From positions 44,206,001 through 44,270,000 of the forward strand of contig NW_026889778.1 in the NCBI RefSeq assembly GCF_033153115.1: 64,000 nucleotides of DNA. Direction: 5' to 3'. The position numbers and the translations under genes were made by a program. Shown here piece by piece: positions 13,975 to 25,936 of this stretch. How positions within the stretch are numbered: position 1 is the stretch's first letter; every line of letters starts with the position of its first letter. The DNA is from Saccostrea echinata. Lineage: Eukaryota. The notes below the pieces were generated by a model, which had not been told where the DNA came from, made no database searches, and was given only the letters and a program-made list of their open reading frames with translations.

Positions 13975-14400
13975 TCACTGATTGGTGACGTGACACCGAA
14001 TCAAAGTTTACTGATTGATGACGTGACAACAAGTTGTGCTGGGATGTCCAAATAATGCATTTATATTGCTGGCTTCCTATTAAATATTGTGTATGGTGAT
14101 CTCTGATTGATAAAGTGATTGCTGTCTTATTTGGGATGCCTTAGTAAAGGAGAATTGCTGCTGGCTTCCATTTGTGTGTTGTTGCATGGTGTTCACTGCC
14201 TGATGACGTGACACATAGTTGTGTTGGGATGCCCATATGTAGCAAATTTGTTGCCGGCTTCTTATTAAATGATGTTGGCTGATGATCATAATGACGTGAT
14301 TTTTTACTTTGTTTGGCATGTCCTAATAGAGCAAAATTTTTACTGGCTGTTAATTGTGTTGCCGCATGGTGTTCACTGTTTGACGATGTGTTCACTGCGT
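13975..14400. repeat. Diverged ~90/180-bp tandem repeats containing TGACGTGA
   Basis: Recurrent tgatgacgtgaca...gttgtg(c/t)tgggatg(t/c)cca and gcatggtgttcactg blocks. Confidence 0.55.
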
Positions 14401-15459
14401 TTTGTTTAGTGGGCTTTATCTAGCAAAAAAGTCTTTGTTTTTGTTTTCTTTAGGTTCACATTATTTGTTTTATAATTTACAATCCCAGTAGTTCGTTCAT
14501 TTTGGTTTCTTCATCAGTTTTTGTTTGGGGTGTTTAGCTTTAAGGTGGCAAAGACTATCCAGCTGGTGCATGGACTCTAGAGCTGCTACAGAGTCCGTGC
14601 CAGATATTCAGCTTTCCAGTATAGATCACATGGATACATCATTCAATAAATTTATATGTCAAAATCTTAATTGACATGGTCTAACTTGTCCTTGGTGAAC
14701 ATATGGACCCAGGGTTCACTGTGAACAATTTTTTTTTTAAATTTTGTATTTGTATTGACAATCAACAGACATGGTCATTACCACCAATAAATCTATAAAT
14801 TTGCAAGCAAGTGTAAGTCTTATAGTCTGAAGTATAAAGTTTGTCTTTGATAAACAATTTTAACCTGTCAGTAATTTTTTCCAGAAAATTAGCTAAAAAA
14901 TAACGTGTCTATATAACTGGCAAGAATAAAGTGAAATGGTCTTTTTTTTTCAAAATTAAGGAAAAGGTAATTCTAAAGAGTTGATAACATTTTATTGATG
15001 ATAAGTTATCAAATCAGTGCTAAATTGTATTTATTGCATTTATCACCATATTGTGATAAATGCTTTTAATACCAGTGCAAGAGCGATAACTCGTGCGTTC
15101 TTGGTAGTGGTTAAACATTATTGAGACCATGAGTTTTAAATAGAGGACGCAATATAATCAAGCACCTTATGACCCCGATTTTCATAGTCTACCGAAAAAG
15201 TTAGAAGGGCAAACATGTTGCAAAATTTCATCTCTAGTCTGCACACTTTGTCTGGAAAATGTTTTGACCCACCGTTCAGCAAAATTATTTCCATTTTTGT
15301 GCATTATTTTGTTCCAAGGATACGGTTTATAGACACTGTAAGTAATTTTTGCGAACAATAACATGATGCCCCTAGTTATAAAGGCTTGGATTTATAATCG
15401 TTGCACTTTGTGGTATCTGTGACTGTACATCATGCGGTGATGCTGAGGATAGAATGACA

Positions 15460-16030
15460 TTAAAAGTCCTTATTCTGGGGCATTCATTTATACGCAGATT
15501 TGAGAACTTTGTTTGTATCAACTAGTTCTGACCATCGGGTGACGCCGAATTTAAATCTTAATTCAGAGGAGCTACAGATTTTTTATTTAGGTTATGGGGG
15601 AGCGTCACTGGCTCAAATTCGCGCGAGGAACTCGTTACGTAAGAGACTTGCGTCCAGATGTTGTTTTGTTACAAGCTGTATCAAACGATTTGTGTCGGAG
15701 AAACACATCAGTGGAAGACATTTTTCATGAACTTGCGGACTTTGTAATTTATCTCCGTGATGCGGAAGATGTGGAAAAAAGTAGTGGTGCTTCAGACATT
15801 GCATAGAATTCCCCCGACAAGACGTATCAGGTTTCATTTGGACACAGAGTGCAAGAGAGTTGATGAATTAAATAGACGCATGTCCTATTACTTGCAGATT
15901 GTAGAGGGAGCAGCATTCTTTCACCATCTGGTTTATCATAGGTATTTCTGGCGGATGGGGTCCATTTAAATAATCAGGGAAATAAGGAATATTATAATAA
16001 TTTGAGAGCTGTTATTGTTTCCTTGATAAA
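15460..16030 (+). pseudogene. SGNH/GDSL-family hydrolase (frameshifted) inside the YR retrotransposon
   Basis: Block I KVLILGHSFIRRF, block III PDVVLLQAVSNDL and block V DGVHLNNQG occur in order across frameshifts. Confidence 0.8.
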
Positions 16031-16289
16031 GTCTATCAATAATGGTGGGTACATGTTTGTGCAGCATTTATATGTAGTCTAACGATACATTTTTCAATTT
16101 TCATCTGTTTATTTTCAAAATCCACATATGCAGTGGTGATTTAATGCAATTTAATATAATGATGCATATAGCCATATAAATATTATATCATTTAATTAAT
16201 ACATTTATGACACCCCCGTAAAGTTGGGGTTGTTTAATTGGATCCTGTGTATTATTTATTAACAGTTTATTTAAGACTAACCATAAATT

Positions 16290-16762
16290 TTAGTTTTAGC
16301 AGGATTTTACACCCCTATATGGTCGGGGTTTAGTTTTAGCAGAATCTTGCACCCCTATATGGTCGGGTTTGAATTATAGCAGGTTTTACACTCCTTTATG
16401 GTCGGGGTTTACTCGAGCAATATCCTGCAGCCCTATATGGTTGGGGTTGAATTTTAGCAGGATCCTGCACCCCTATATGGTCGGGTTTTACTTACGCGAT
16501 ATCCTACACCCCTATATGGTCGGGGTTTAATTTTAGCAGAATTTTGCATATGTATGGTTGAAGTTTACTTAAGCAGAATTTTGCACCCCTATATGGTCGG
16601 GGTTTAATTTTAGCAGGATTTTTCACCCCTACATGGTCGGGGTTGAATTCAAACAAGACGTTGCACCCCTATATGGTTGGGGTTGAATTCAGACAAGATG
16701 TTGTACCCCTATATGGTCGGGGTTTTATCTCAAAGGATTTATCCCCCTAAATATTGGGTTTG
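16290..16762. repeat. ~39-40-bp minisatellite, ~12 units, conserved hairpin core CACCCCTATATGGTCGGGGTT
   Basis: Cores at about 16310, 16350, 16389, 16428, 16468, 16507, 16547 (degenerate), 16584, 16624, 16664, 16704 and 16742 (degenerate), with more variable ~19-bp linkers. Confidence 0.92.
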
Positions 16763-17924
16763 TTTAACTGAATATATTGCATAAAATGAATAAGATACAT
16801 ATATTCCAATAGTGTTGAGATTTCTAGAGGTTTCTTATCTATAGAATTGTCAATGATGTAGATATTTTTGGAATTCTGCATATATAACCACCTCGCATTT
16901 ATACAGCAGAATTTAAAATATAAAAAGAAATGACATAATTTTAGACACAGTTATAATACACTCCATTGTCATTTATTCTTATCCGGTGAAGTATCATAAT
17001 TGCAAATAAATGTAGCTGTAAGGTTAGCTAGAATTATATTACCAATATGGATTAGGCATTAAATGATTTAGATTTCAGAAATATCCAATGATATTAAACT
17101 TCATAAAGTGTATATTTAATTAAGAATTAAGAAATTCTATTGGTGCCTTCATTGGTCTTTAAGAGCTCTGAAATATTTTTATTGATAATGTTATTACATA
17201 GTGTATATTACATAGATGATTTTTTATTTTTACAGGAAAATTGGGAGACACTATTTGTAAACATATGCTAGATATGTGGCACTAGGTTTGTGTTGAACGT
17301 GGAATATCTAATGACAAGACCGCGGAACTCTCATCAGGTTTGACTCTAAAGGATAGAATAGAGACAATTATATCTATGCTTATGTTTTACCTCAAGATAC
17401 ATTGACTGAGCTATGTAACAATCCCAGGATAGGTGTCTAGAATGCTAAACACAAATTAAGGTAAATAACTAAAAATAAAAGTAGATGAAGTTATGTAGCT
17501 GATTTTCGTAATCTTGAATATCCGCTCCCCAGGCAAGAAGGATAACTCTTTAAAAAAAAAGATCATTTAATCAAGAAAGACTCAAATTAAGCTTGAAATT
17601 CAATCTTTTCGTGCAACAATTTTTATTCACGCAACTCAAGTTCTTCGTAGTCTAGAAACTGGGAAAAGTTGACATTTGTGTCCCATAAGAGTATTTAAAA
17701 AATCTTTAGATAAATCGAATTTTCTTCAAGCTTGCTTTGCTAACCATGATATGAAATTTGAAGTGATATTTGATGTCTTCCAACGATAGCACATGCTTTT
17801 TACACTACAGGTATGTGTTATATAATGATTGAAAAAAAATATATAAGAAAAATACCATTATGATATGAGTATTAATAACATGCAATTTTTTCCAAATTCC
17901 GGGATACTTATAAATGTTTATTCA

Positions 17925-18130
17925 GGTACCTTTGGCTAACAACAGGATATTATTGCATTCTGACAAGCAATCGGTCGTGCAAAAAGTCAATTCTGCTAAA
18001 GTCAGACTATTGGTTAGAAACTTGTAGTTAATAACACTTATTTCACTATTATATTTAAGCAGAGTTCATTAGTTAGTTATTATATCAAATTAAATTGCAG
18101 ATTCTATTTTGCATTGACAGTGGCTTCATT
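17925..18130 (+). pseudogene. DIRS-type RNase H remnant
   Basis: Translates as LANNRILLHSDKQSVVQKVNS...LVRNL*LITL...IADS, resembling the DIRS RNase H (HxDN...ADxLS) region; it contains stops and frameshifts. Confidence 0.6.
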
Positions 18131-18261
18131 TTTGGGCAATATTGGAAACAATAAGTTTCAATAATTGATTCACACCTTTTCAACAATGTCACATTGGCAT
18201 CATTAAGCTAGATGGATGAACATATCCTTAACAATAGAGTCTGAACTTGGTACACCTAGCC

Positions 18262-18470
18262 ATGGCCAATATTTGGTACATTTCAATGGTAATCCCCTAA
18301 CTACTAACGTGTTATTAGTTATCAAACCCTAATTGCAATACTATTCATTTCTGTAACATAAACACATACTGTTTTAGATCACACTCTTTTCAGCAGCAGT
18401 ATTATAGGGCATTCCTGAACAAATTATTAAACAATTGGGCAGGTGGAATCCATAACAATATATGCCTCAA
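18262..18470 (+). pseudogene. Tyrosine recombinase C-terminal remnant
   Basis: GQYLVHFNGNPLT...FRSHSF...GIPEQIIKQLGRW, corresponding to the HSFR and LGRW catalytic boxes of DIRS YRs. Confidence 0.75.
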
Positions 18471-21400
18471 ACATTGGGGTGAGATTTGTATAATTAAAAT
18501 ATTATAGCTCAATTTCAATTTTGGCTTAGAAGTATTATACATCTATCCATTTTAGTTTTTGTAGATTGTGTGTAGTCTGGGATATGGCATTCATAGGATA
18601 CTGAGCTACCCAAAGTGACACCATTTGTCCTTGAGGAAAAAGCCCTCAATTTAAAAAAAAAATGGGTTTGGAGTCAGGGAAATTAGATTGAAGGAATTTA
18701 ACTCTTTGTTTTAGAATAAATTTAAATGCACTTGGGTGGTACATTAAGGTTTCAAGGACCTGGGCACCTCGCCTGGATCATTATTGTTTCATAGTATGGA
18801 ATGCTCCTGCTTGTGCAGCAAGTTATTAGTCCAAAGTATGTCAATTATTTGCTCTGATATAAGTTTAATCCAAGATGAGTCTTGATTTATTACATGGAAC
18901 AACTAACAAGTGTCTATTATACATGAACACTTATAAAATTTGAAATTTAAAGGTCAGGTGGGTGAAATGGAATGAATTAAAAACTAACATGTATACACCT
19001 AACACGTTAGTGGCGGGTGAACTTGTATAGACAAGTTCATTTGGCGGAATTTGGGGATTACCACGACTGAGGAATTCTCTCATGTCTGGCTCAAAACTCT
19101 GGGTAATCTATCCTCAGTACTGGGGAGGATTAATTTGGGGTTACCTCAGCGGTACCTGAGGGACCAGCTTGATCTTTGTGGGTACCAAAGGCAAGTTTTG
19201 GGGCCTACCCCTGGGGGTATTATCCCCATGTTGTTGTTGTATTCCAGGGGAGGCAGGTATAGAGTTAGGGCCTGAGTCAGAACTTGAATTCATTCATTTG
19301 ATGTGGCAATCACTCTTGTTGGTACCAAGAGGTCTGTTCCCACCACAGTCACCTGTGGGGGCGCTATCGCGCCAAGGATCTAGGGAGGTCATCCCGGTAG
19401 GCAGGCAGTGATTCATTGGGTTCCGTCGAGGTATTTACACCTATGTATATTAAATAGATTGTGACAAATAGTCGCCACAAAATGTAATAATTGTTTCACA
19501 ATAAATGTGTAAAATTAATATTTGTTACTATTCATTGCATCTGGGATTAATTGCATTTATCACCATATTGTGATAAATGCTTTTAATACCAGTGCAAGAG
19601 CGATAACTCGTGCGTTCTTGGTAGTGGTTAAACATTATTGAGACCATGAGTTTTAAATAGAGGACGCAATATAATCAAGCACCTTATGACCCCGATTTTC
19701 ATAGTCTACCGAAAAAGTTAGAAGGGCAAACATGTTGCAAAATTTCACCCACCCACTTTCCCTAAAATATGTGTACAGATTTTTGCTGCTTTCTCTTCTG
19801 TAATTTCAGTGACAGAAGCCTATTCTTACATGGAAAGAGATGTGTATGTGGAACACCCCAGCGGTTGGAATCATTAGCAAAGAAAGGATGTGGTCATTAT
19901 GTATATGGTGGGACCATTTGGTGTCAATTGGGCATTTTCTGTTGAAATCAATGTAAATGATTCAATCCTGAGTTTTATTGGACCTTTCTATGGTGTGATA
20001 CATAATCATTACTTCAGTGAAATTGGTGATCATTGATGATTATGTGTTTACATACAGTGTTACTGTACAGTGTTACTTTTAATAAGTATTGTAAGCAAGT
20101 ATAGCTTGTAAATATATATTGGGAATTTTCTAGCTTTGGGATTATGGTAAAGTTTCTTAAGTCACAATCTGGGATGGGGGCGGTGGAATTCGGGGATTAC
20201 CACGACTGAGGAATTCTCTCATGTCTGGCTCAAAACTCTGGGTAATCTATCCTCAGTACTGGGGAGGATTAATTTGGGGTTACCTCAGCGGTACCTGAGG
20301 GACCAGCTTGATCTTTGTGGGTACCAAAGGCAAGTTTTGGGGCCTACCCCTGGGGGTTTAATCCCCATGTTGTTGTTGTATTCCAGGGGAGGCAGGTATA
20401 GAGTTAGGGCCTGAGTCAGAACTTGAATTCATTCATTTGATGTGGCAATCACTCTTGTTGGTACCAAGAGGTCTGTTCCCACCACAGTCACCTGTGGGGG
20501 CGCTATCGCGCCAAGGATCTAGGGAGGTCATCCCGGTAGGCAGGCAGTGATTCATTGGGTTCCGTCGAGGTATTTACACCTATGTATATTACATAGATTG
20601 TGACAAATAGTCGCCACAAAATGTAATAATTGTTTCACAATAAATGTGTAAAATTAATATTTGTTACTATTCATTGCATCTGGGATTAATTGAGAATTGA
20701 ACATGAATTGATGGAATATCAATTTATAAATAGAAAACAATCCCAGCGTTTATTTCAAAAAAATACATTTAACACATTACATGTAGGAATTAATCGGTTT
20801 CTTTTTTAAAGATACATGTACACTTTTATAAAGTTATTGGAAAAAGATCACTTCTTAATACTGAAGCCAGGATGCAAATGGTTCGTAAAGAAATAAAACA
20901 AAATTTAGAATGAAAGACAAGTTAAATACAACATATGGATGATCTAGTTAATTGTCTACTCAAGGGTTTTTGTTGTTGTTGTTTTATATTATCGTCATAT
21001 AAATCTCAATTATCTACTTTATCCAAGTTGTCGTTTCTGTTGACACTTATATTAACTACTGCGAATCGTTGGCAGTAGAACAGTGTAGAATTAAGGAACA
21101 CAAAGAACAAATACAAAAAAAAAATTGTGTTCATTGACAAATTACATCGATTTACGTTTATTTTTTTCTTAAAATTACGGATTTTTTCCTGCACGTTTTT
21201 AAATAAAATAACATCCTGACCATTTCAAAATTTCTACAATTTGTCAATATGCGTTCTTGTAAACCAAGTGTAAATCTTATGAGCTCATGAAAATGAAGTG
21301 AACACTGTTCAAAAATGAAATGGCTTTAAATTCAACAAGTTTATTATTCACTTGCACGGGGGAAGATAAGAATATGCAATAAAAATATTTATGCTAAAAC

Positions 21401-21661
21401 CTCACTGTAAATAAAAAAAAACCTCTATTTATTTTCATAACTCATGCCAAAAACATGTTTAAGTGTAAAATACTTTTCTACAACTAGACAAAGAAATTAT
21501 GTAAAAATGTAAATAAAATGCCATGACGGGTTATATTATTGGTTGAAAAAAGAAACATGAGATATTTGATATAAATCAGGGGGCATATAAAAAGGGATTC
21601 GTTCAAAATTAAAATTTCCTTCTTCTTTATTTATAAATTATGTCGTGTAAGACTGACTGCA

Positions 21662-22500
21662 TAATAGGAATCCTTATGGAGCGTACCAATTGCGCCCCGT
21701 TATTAGCAGACATTTTTTCTATTCATATGAAGCAGAATGTGTCCAAAATCTTATACGTGAAAAGAAGAAAACACTTGCTGTGGGCTTTAACTCGACATTA
21801 AATATATCGACGACGTATTATCAATTAACAATGGTTATTTCTATTCTTAGGTCGATACGATATATCCCGGTGAGCTTGAGATAAAAGATACCACAGAGTC
21901 TGATACATCTGTTTCATATTTGGATATTTTACTTGAAAAAGACGTTAATGGTAATCTAAATACCAAGCTTTATGATAAACGTGATGACTTTAATTTTTCA
22001 ATCGTCAACTTCCCTTACTTATGCAGCAATATACATTCATCACCTGCATACGGGGTTTATATCTCTCAGTTGATTCGATACGCCAGAGCATGCTCTACGT
22101 ATGTACAATTTCTAAAACGAGGTAAATTATTGACAAACAGGTTGATGAAACAAGAATATCAGCAGTCTCGTTTAAATTATCATTTCGTCAGTTTTATGGT
22201 CGATACAATGACCTTGTCAGCAAATACAATTTATCATTGAGTCAAATGCTGACTGACGTTTTTCATACTAATTGTTAAGCCATTATTTACACACTGAATT
22301 GTCGAGGGATTTTTCCGTTATTTCCCTATCATAACAAGGAGCACACGGCGGGTATGACCGGTCGGCAGGGGATGCTCAGTCCTCCATGGAACCTGATCCC
22401 ACCTCTGATGTTCTGTAGGTCTGTGTTTGCTCTGCTCCTATTTTATAATGTTTAGTGGACTTTTGAGCTTGAATACTGTTCTTTATCGTCATATATTTCA
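21662..22500 (+). mobile_element. 5'-truncated Penelope-like RT (Naiad-like, RT at C-terminus) plus 3' UTR
   Basis: Frameshifted GIxMG.NCAPLLAD and YIDDVL motifs, then TKLYDKRDDFNFSIVNFPYLCSNI..SPAYGVYISQLIRYARAC. No endonuclease follows the RT. The clade assignment is an inference. Confidence 0.85.
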
Positions 22501-22593
22501 TGAAAAAGACTTCCAAAAAATGCAAACAATCAAGGATGAGATCTGAATAGAATTTTACGTAAATTTTACTCAGCCCTCCTGCCATAGTCCTCA

Positions 22594-22738
22594 NNNNNNN
22601 NNNNNNNNNNNNNNNNNNNNNNNNNNNNNNNNNNNNNNNNNNNNNNNNNNNNNNNNNNNNNNNNNNNNNNNNNNNNNNNNNNNNNNNNNNNNNNNNNNNN
22701 NNNNNNNNNNNNNNNNNNNNNNNNNNNNNNNNNNNNNN
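22594..22738. other. N run (one of five: 22594-22738, 36391-36572, 42523-42666, 50717-50856, 52877-53064)
   Basis: Unresolved or masked bases. Confidence 0.98.
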
Positions 22739-23708
22739 TATCACAGTGTCCGGTAATTAATATGAAAATTAAAAATAACAAGGCAACAATGTTAGTAAAA
22801 CTAACACTTTTATATAAAATATATATATTTATTTATTTATTTATTTATTTATTTGGTAATGAAGAAATTCAAACATGAGAAATGTCTTGTCTCTAAGAAG
22901 CACATACTATAAAAGACTTCAAAAATAACACTGCTGAATCAAAGTCATTTTTCTTGTATTCCGTATTTATACATAAGGTTGCAAATTTAACGATTAAAAT
23001 TTAAGCGGGCTACAATAAAACCTCTACCTTAAGCAAAAATTAGAACCCCGCTCAAAATTCTTGATATATGTGATTATTTTCGTTTTGCAATAGTTTACGT
23101 AAAAGTTGACTTGTTTTGTCTCTATCTTTACTTACTATACTTTACGAAAAAAAGACTGACAATGAACTATAGTATCATTTGAATTTTTAATTTAAAAGAA
23201 GACAAAGAGGGACTGGATAAGATGTGATTAAGACTTGTTTATCATTGCATCTTGCTCATAGACATGACAAAGCGGTTACATTTCCCATTTTTTTAAAATG
23301 AAAACAAAGTCATGATACATATAAATTGCTTCCTGATACTTATTTCCAGATCACATTTCGATGATTTAGAGTATGAATGGTGATTAGTGATTAATTTTGT
23401 AAATAGCTAACAAAACACTTCAGTTAAAGTTATCAGGAAACTTTCAAAAAGCTTTTACCAGTAAGTGGAAATATATTGAAGCACAAATACAGGGAATAAC
23501 CCAAATTCATATAAAAGTGTTTTAATTCGTAAAAATAGGTCTTTACATGATTGTTATACTACCAGGAAATAAATTGTCCTGAAATTAAATAAAAGGAGAT
23601 CTACACACTTTATTGTGACAGCATCTCTTTTTTAACCTGAAGATATCATCTTCGGATTTTGTTTAAGACACATTTTCTGTAACATTGATAGTTGAATGAT
23701 CATAATCC

Positions 23709-25860
23709 ATGTCGATCACATCTCTTGTACACCGTAAGTAGTGAAATTTAAGATATATTTCTATATATCATGTGAATTTGAATTGCGTGGGATAAAAGTT
23801 CGGTCAATCAGGCAATCTGTTTAAGTATGACATTGGACGTTTAACATTATTAATATCATAGAAGGGAATCTTTCAATACGTCATTATTGTCTTAAAACCA
23901 TGTCAGAATCCTACTTTACGGAAACATTCTAATATTCAGCATTATTCTTGAGAGCTGTTGAAAACGCATCTAGAATCTTTAACTATTTAATAATGTCACT
24001 AGGTATCTAATCTCCTTTATAAAAAAAACTTACTTATAAATAATTTAAGCAAAGTCAACCACTTGAATCTATTTATAATTTTTTGTCAGTTGTTAAGGAA
24101 ACTTCCATGAATTTTTCATTTTGAAATTGAAATGAATATTGGTAATTTTTTTAAAAAAATCTTCGAATTTTGAAATTTCTGGGACACTGGTGGAAATATC
24201 ATCTTATCTATTTTCTACAGATATTCTGTCGGCGATTATATTTGTAATCTTCATCGTTTGTAACGCTGACTCTCAAAACGAAACAAGGTAATGAATGTTT
24301 CAACTATCTATAATCTCCTTTTTTTTTAATCCTGCAATGGTTGTAAAGTATTCTCCTATATAAAATAAGTTTTTGTCTTTTTCTATTCTTATATTGACGA
24401 AATACCTTTTGTTGTGTATTCATGTACCATATTAATAATAAGTTTGATTTGTTGAATTGCAGTTGCTTTTCCTTCTTTTATACTGATGAAAAAAGTCCAG
24501 CAAATTTGGAGAAGACCTGTTTTGAAATGACAAGTAGCAGTGTAAACAAATGGTACCAAGGTATTGTTGCTTAGACATTTAATTGCTGGATTGGGGGAAA
24601 TGTGGGAAAGGGAGAAAAGTTTTGAATTTCAATCGACAAACACAATGAATATTTCTGCATCTACTATTGAATTCTTTTACCAGGTGTATCTATGTATATA
24701 ATGCGTATTAACAATGAAAAGCCTTCTTCGTGTTCTTTTGGGGACATCAAACTGGAAACCATACAAAAATACATTATAGAAGAAGGAACCCGTCAACGAA
24801 GATTGTGTAGGACAAAGATGATTTTCTCCGTCAATACGACCACATGTGAAGACGAGATTAAATATCTTGATTTCTATTGTATTGGAAACGTTCAAAGATC
24901 AAAGAGCCTATTTTTCCAAGGTAAGACATAATTGGAATCCAAGGAGAAATTCTTAATATTTTTTTTACAAATAAATATACCCAGACATTTACGTTAGAGA
25001 ATGAAATGTACTGATTACCTTTATTTTCAGATTGTGCTTCTGCAAACTGTCCTAGAGAAATGGATGAGAGTAGAGAACACCGAAGTGGTAAAAAAAATAC
25101 TCACAGTTGAAATTTTATATCAATTTATTAATTTAAAATTGTAAGGATCTTTAACATGTTTTCATCAAAATACAGAGGCTCTGGTACTGTCTCAATTCCC
25201 TGAACCGACGGTTTCTCAGTCTGGATTATTTGCTTATGATATACCAGCGTCACATTGTGACATGAAGCAGTGTAGACTAGAGAACTGTTCTACTGAACAA
25301 CTGAAAAAATTTAAGGAGAGTACTGTAGGTAAGTAAGCTTAATGCGATTTTCAAGCCCAGTCGGATGTTATCTTGCACGTTTATTTCCCCCATAGTGTAG
25401 TTGTGGCTGTATCAGTGAATGTTTTTGGATTATATGAAAATGTTTAGCTATTTATGGTAATTGATGTTCTTTTGTCACGTTTTATTTAATACTTGATGCT
25501 TATTCCTCCATAATACGTGATCCCGCTTCTAGTGTTTTTAGAGCCCCGTGTTTGTTCTGTTCCTATTTTGTATTGTTCTTAAAATAGAATTGCAAAATTA
25601 CACAGAAAGCAAGGCGAACCCAACTAAAGACCAGAACAAGGAGTGTTTGCTTTTTACAATTGGAAGTGGAGGTGGTGGTCTTCTAGTCGGAATTTTATCA
25701 ACATCTGTCACGTGTTTTCTTCTTAATAAATATAAGAAAAATTACAGGTTTGTATATTTTAATTACTTGCTTAAATCGATAATATTTATTGTATGTATGA
25801 AGAACTCTATCGATAGCTGCATGAGGTACCTACTTTCGGAGATCTAATTTGTACAAATGT

Positions 25861-25936
<76 letters not shown>

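Larger units (their letters stand above)
15033..20692 (+). mobile_element. Tyrosine-recombinase retrotransposon (DIRS order, Ngaro/PAT-type split direct repeats), non-autonomous/decayed
   Basis: A1 15033-15230 = A2 19550-19747; B1 19046-19553 is nearly identical to B2 20185-20692; order A1...B1A2...B2 with ATTG at all three junctions. RNase H-like and YR remnants lie inside. Confidence 0.9.

Noticed and set aside
16313-16322. CArG (SRF) boxes in the array core
   Set aside because: CCTATATGG has five A/T bases, not the six required by CC(A/T)6GG.
16290-16762. True CRISPR array
   Set aside because: Linkers are short (~19 bp) and related to each other (ttttagcagga-type), there are no cas genes, and the context is a eukaryotic retrotransposon. 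Kept as a hairpin minisatellite.
19046-20692. LTR pair or assembly duplication
   Set aside because: No TG...CA ends or TSD; the A1-B1A2-B2 order with YR remnants fits split direct repeats, and B1/B2 differ at a few sites.
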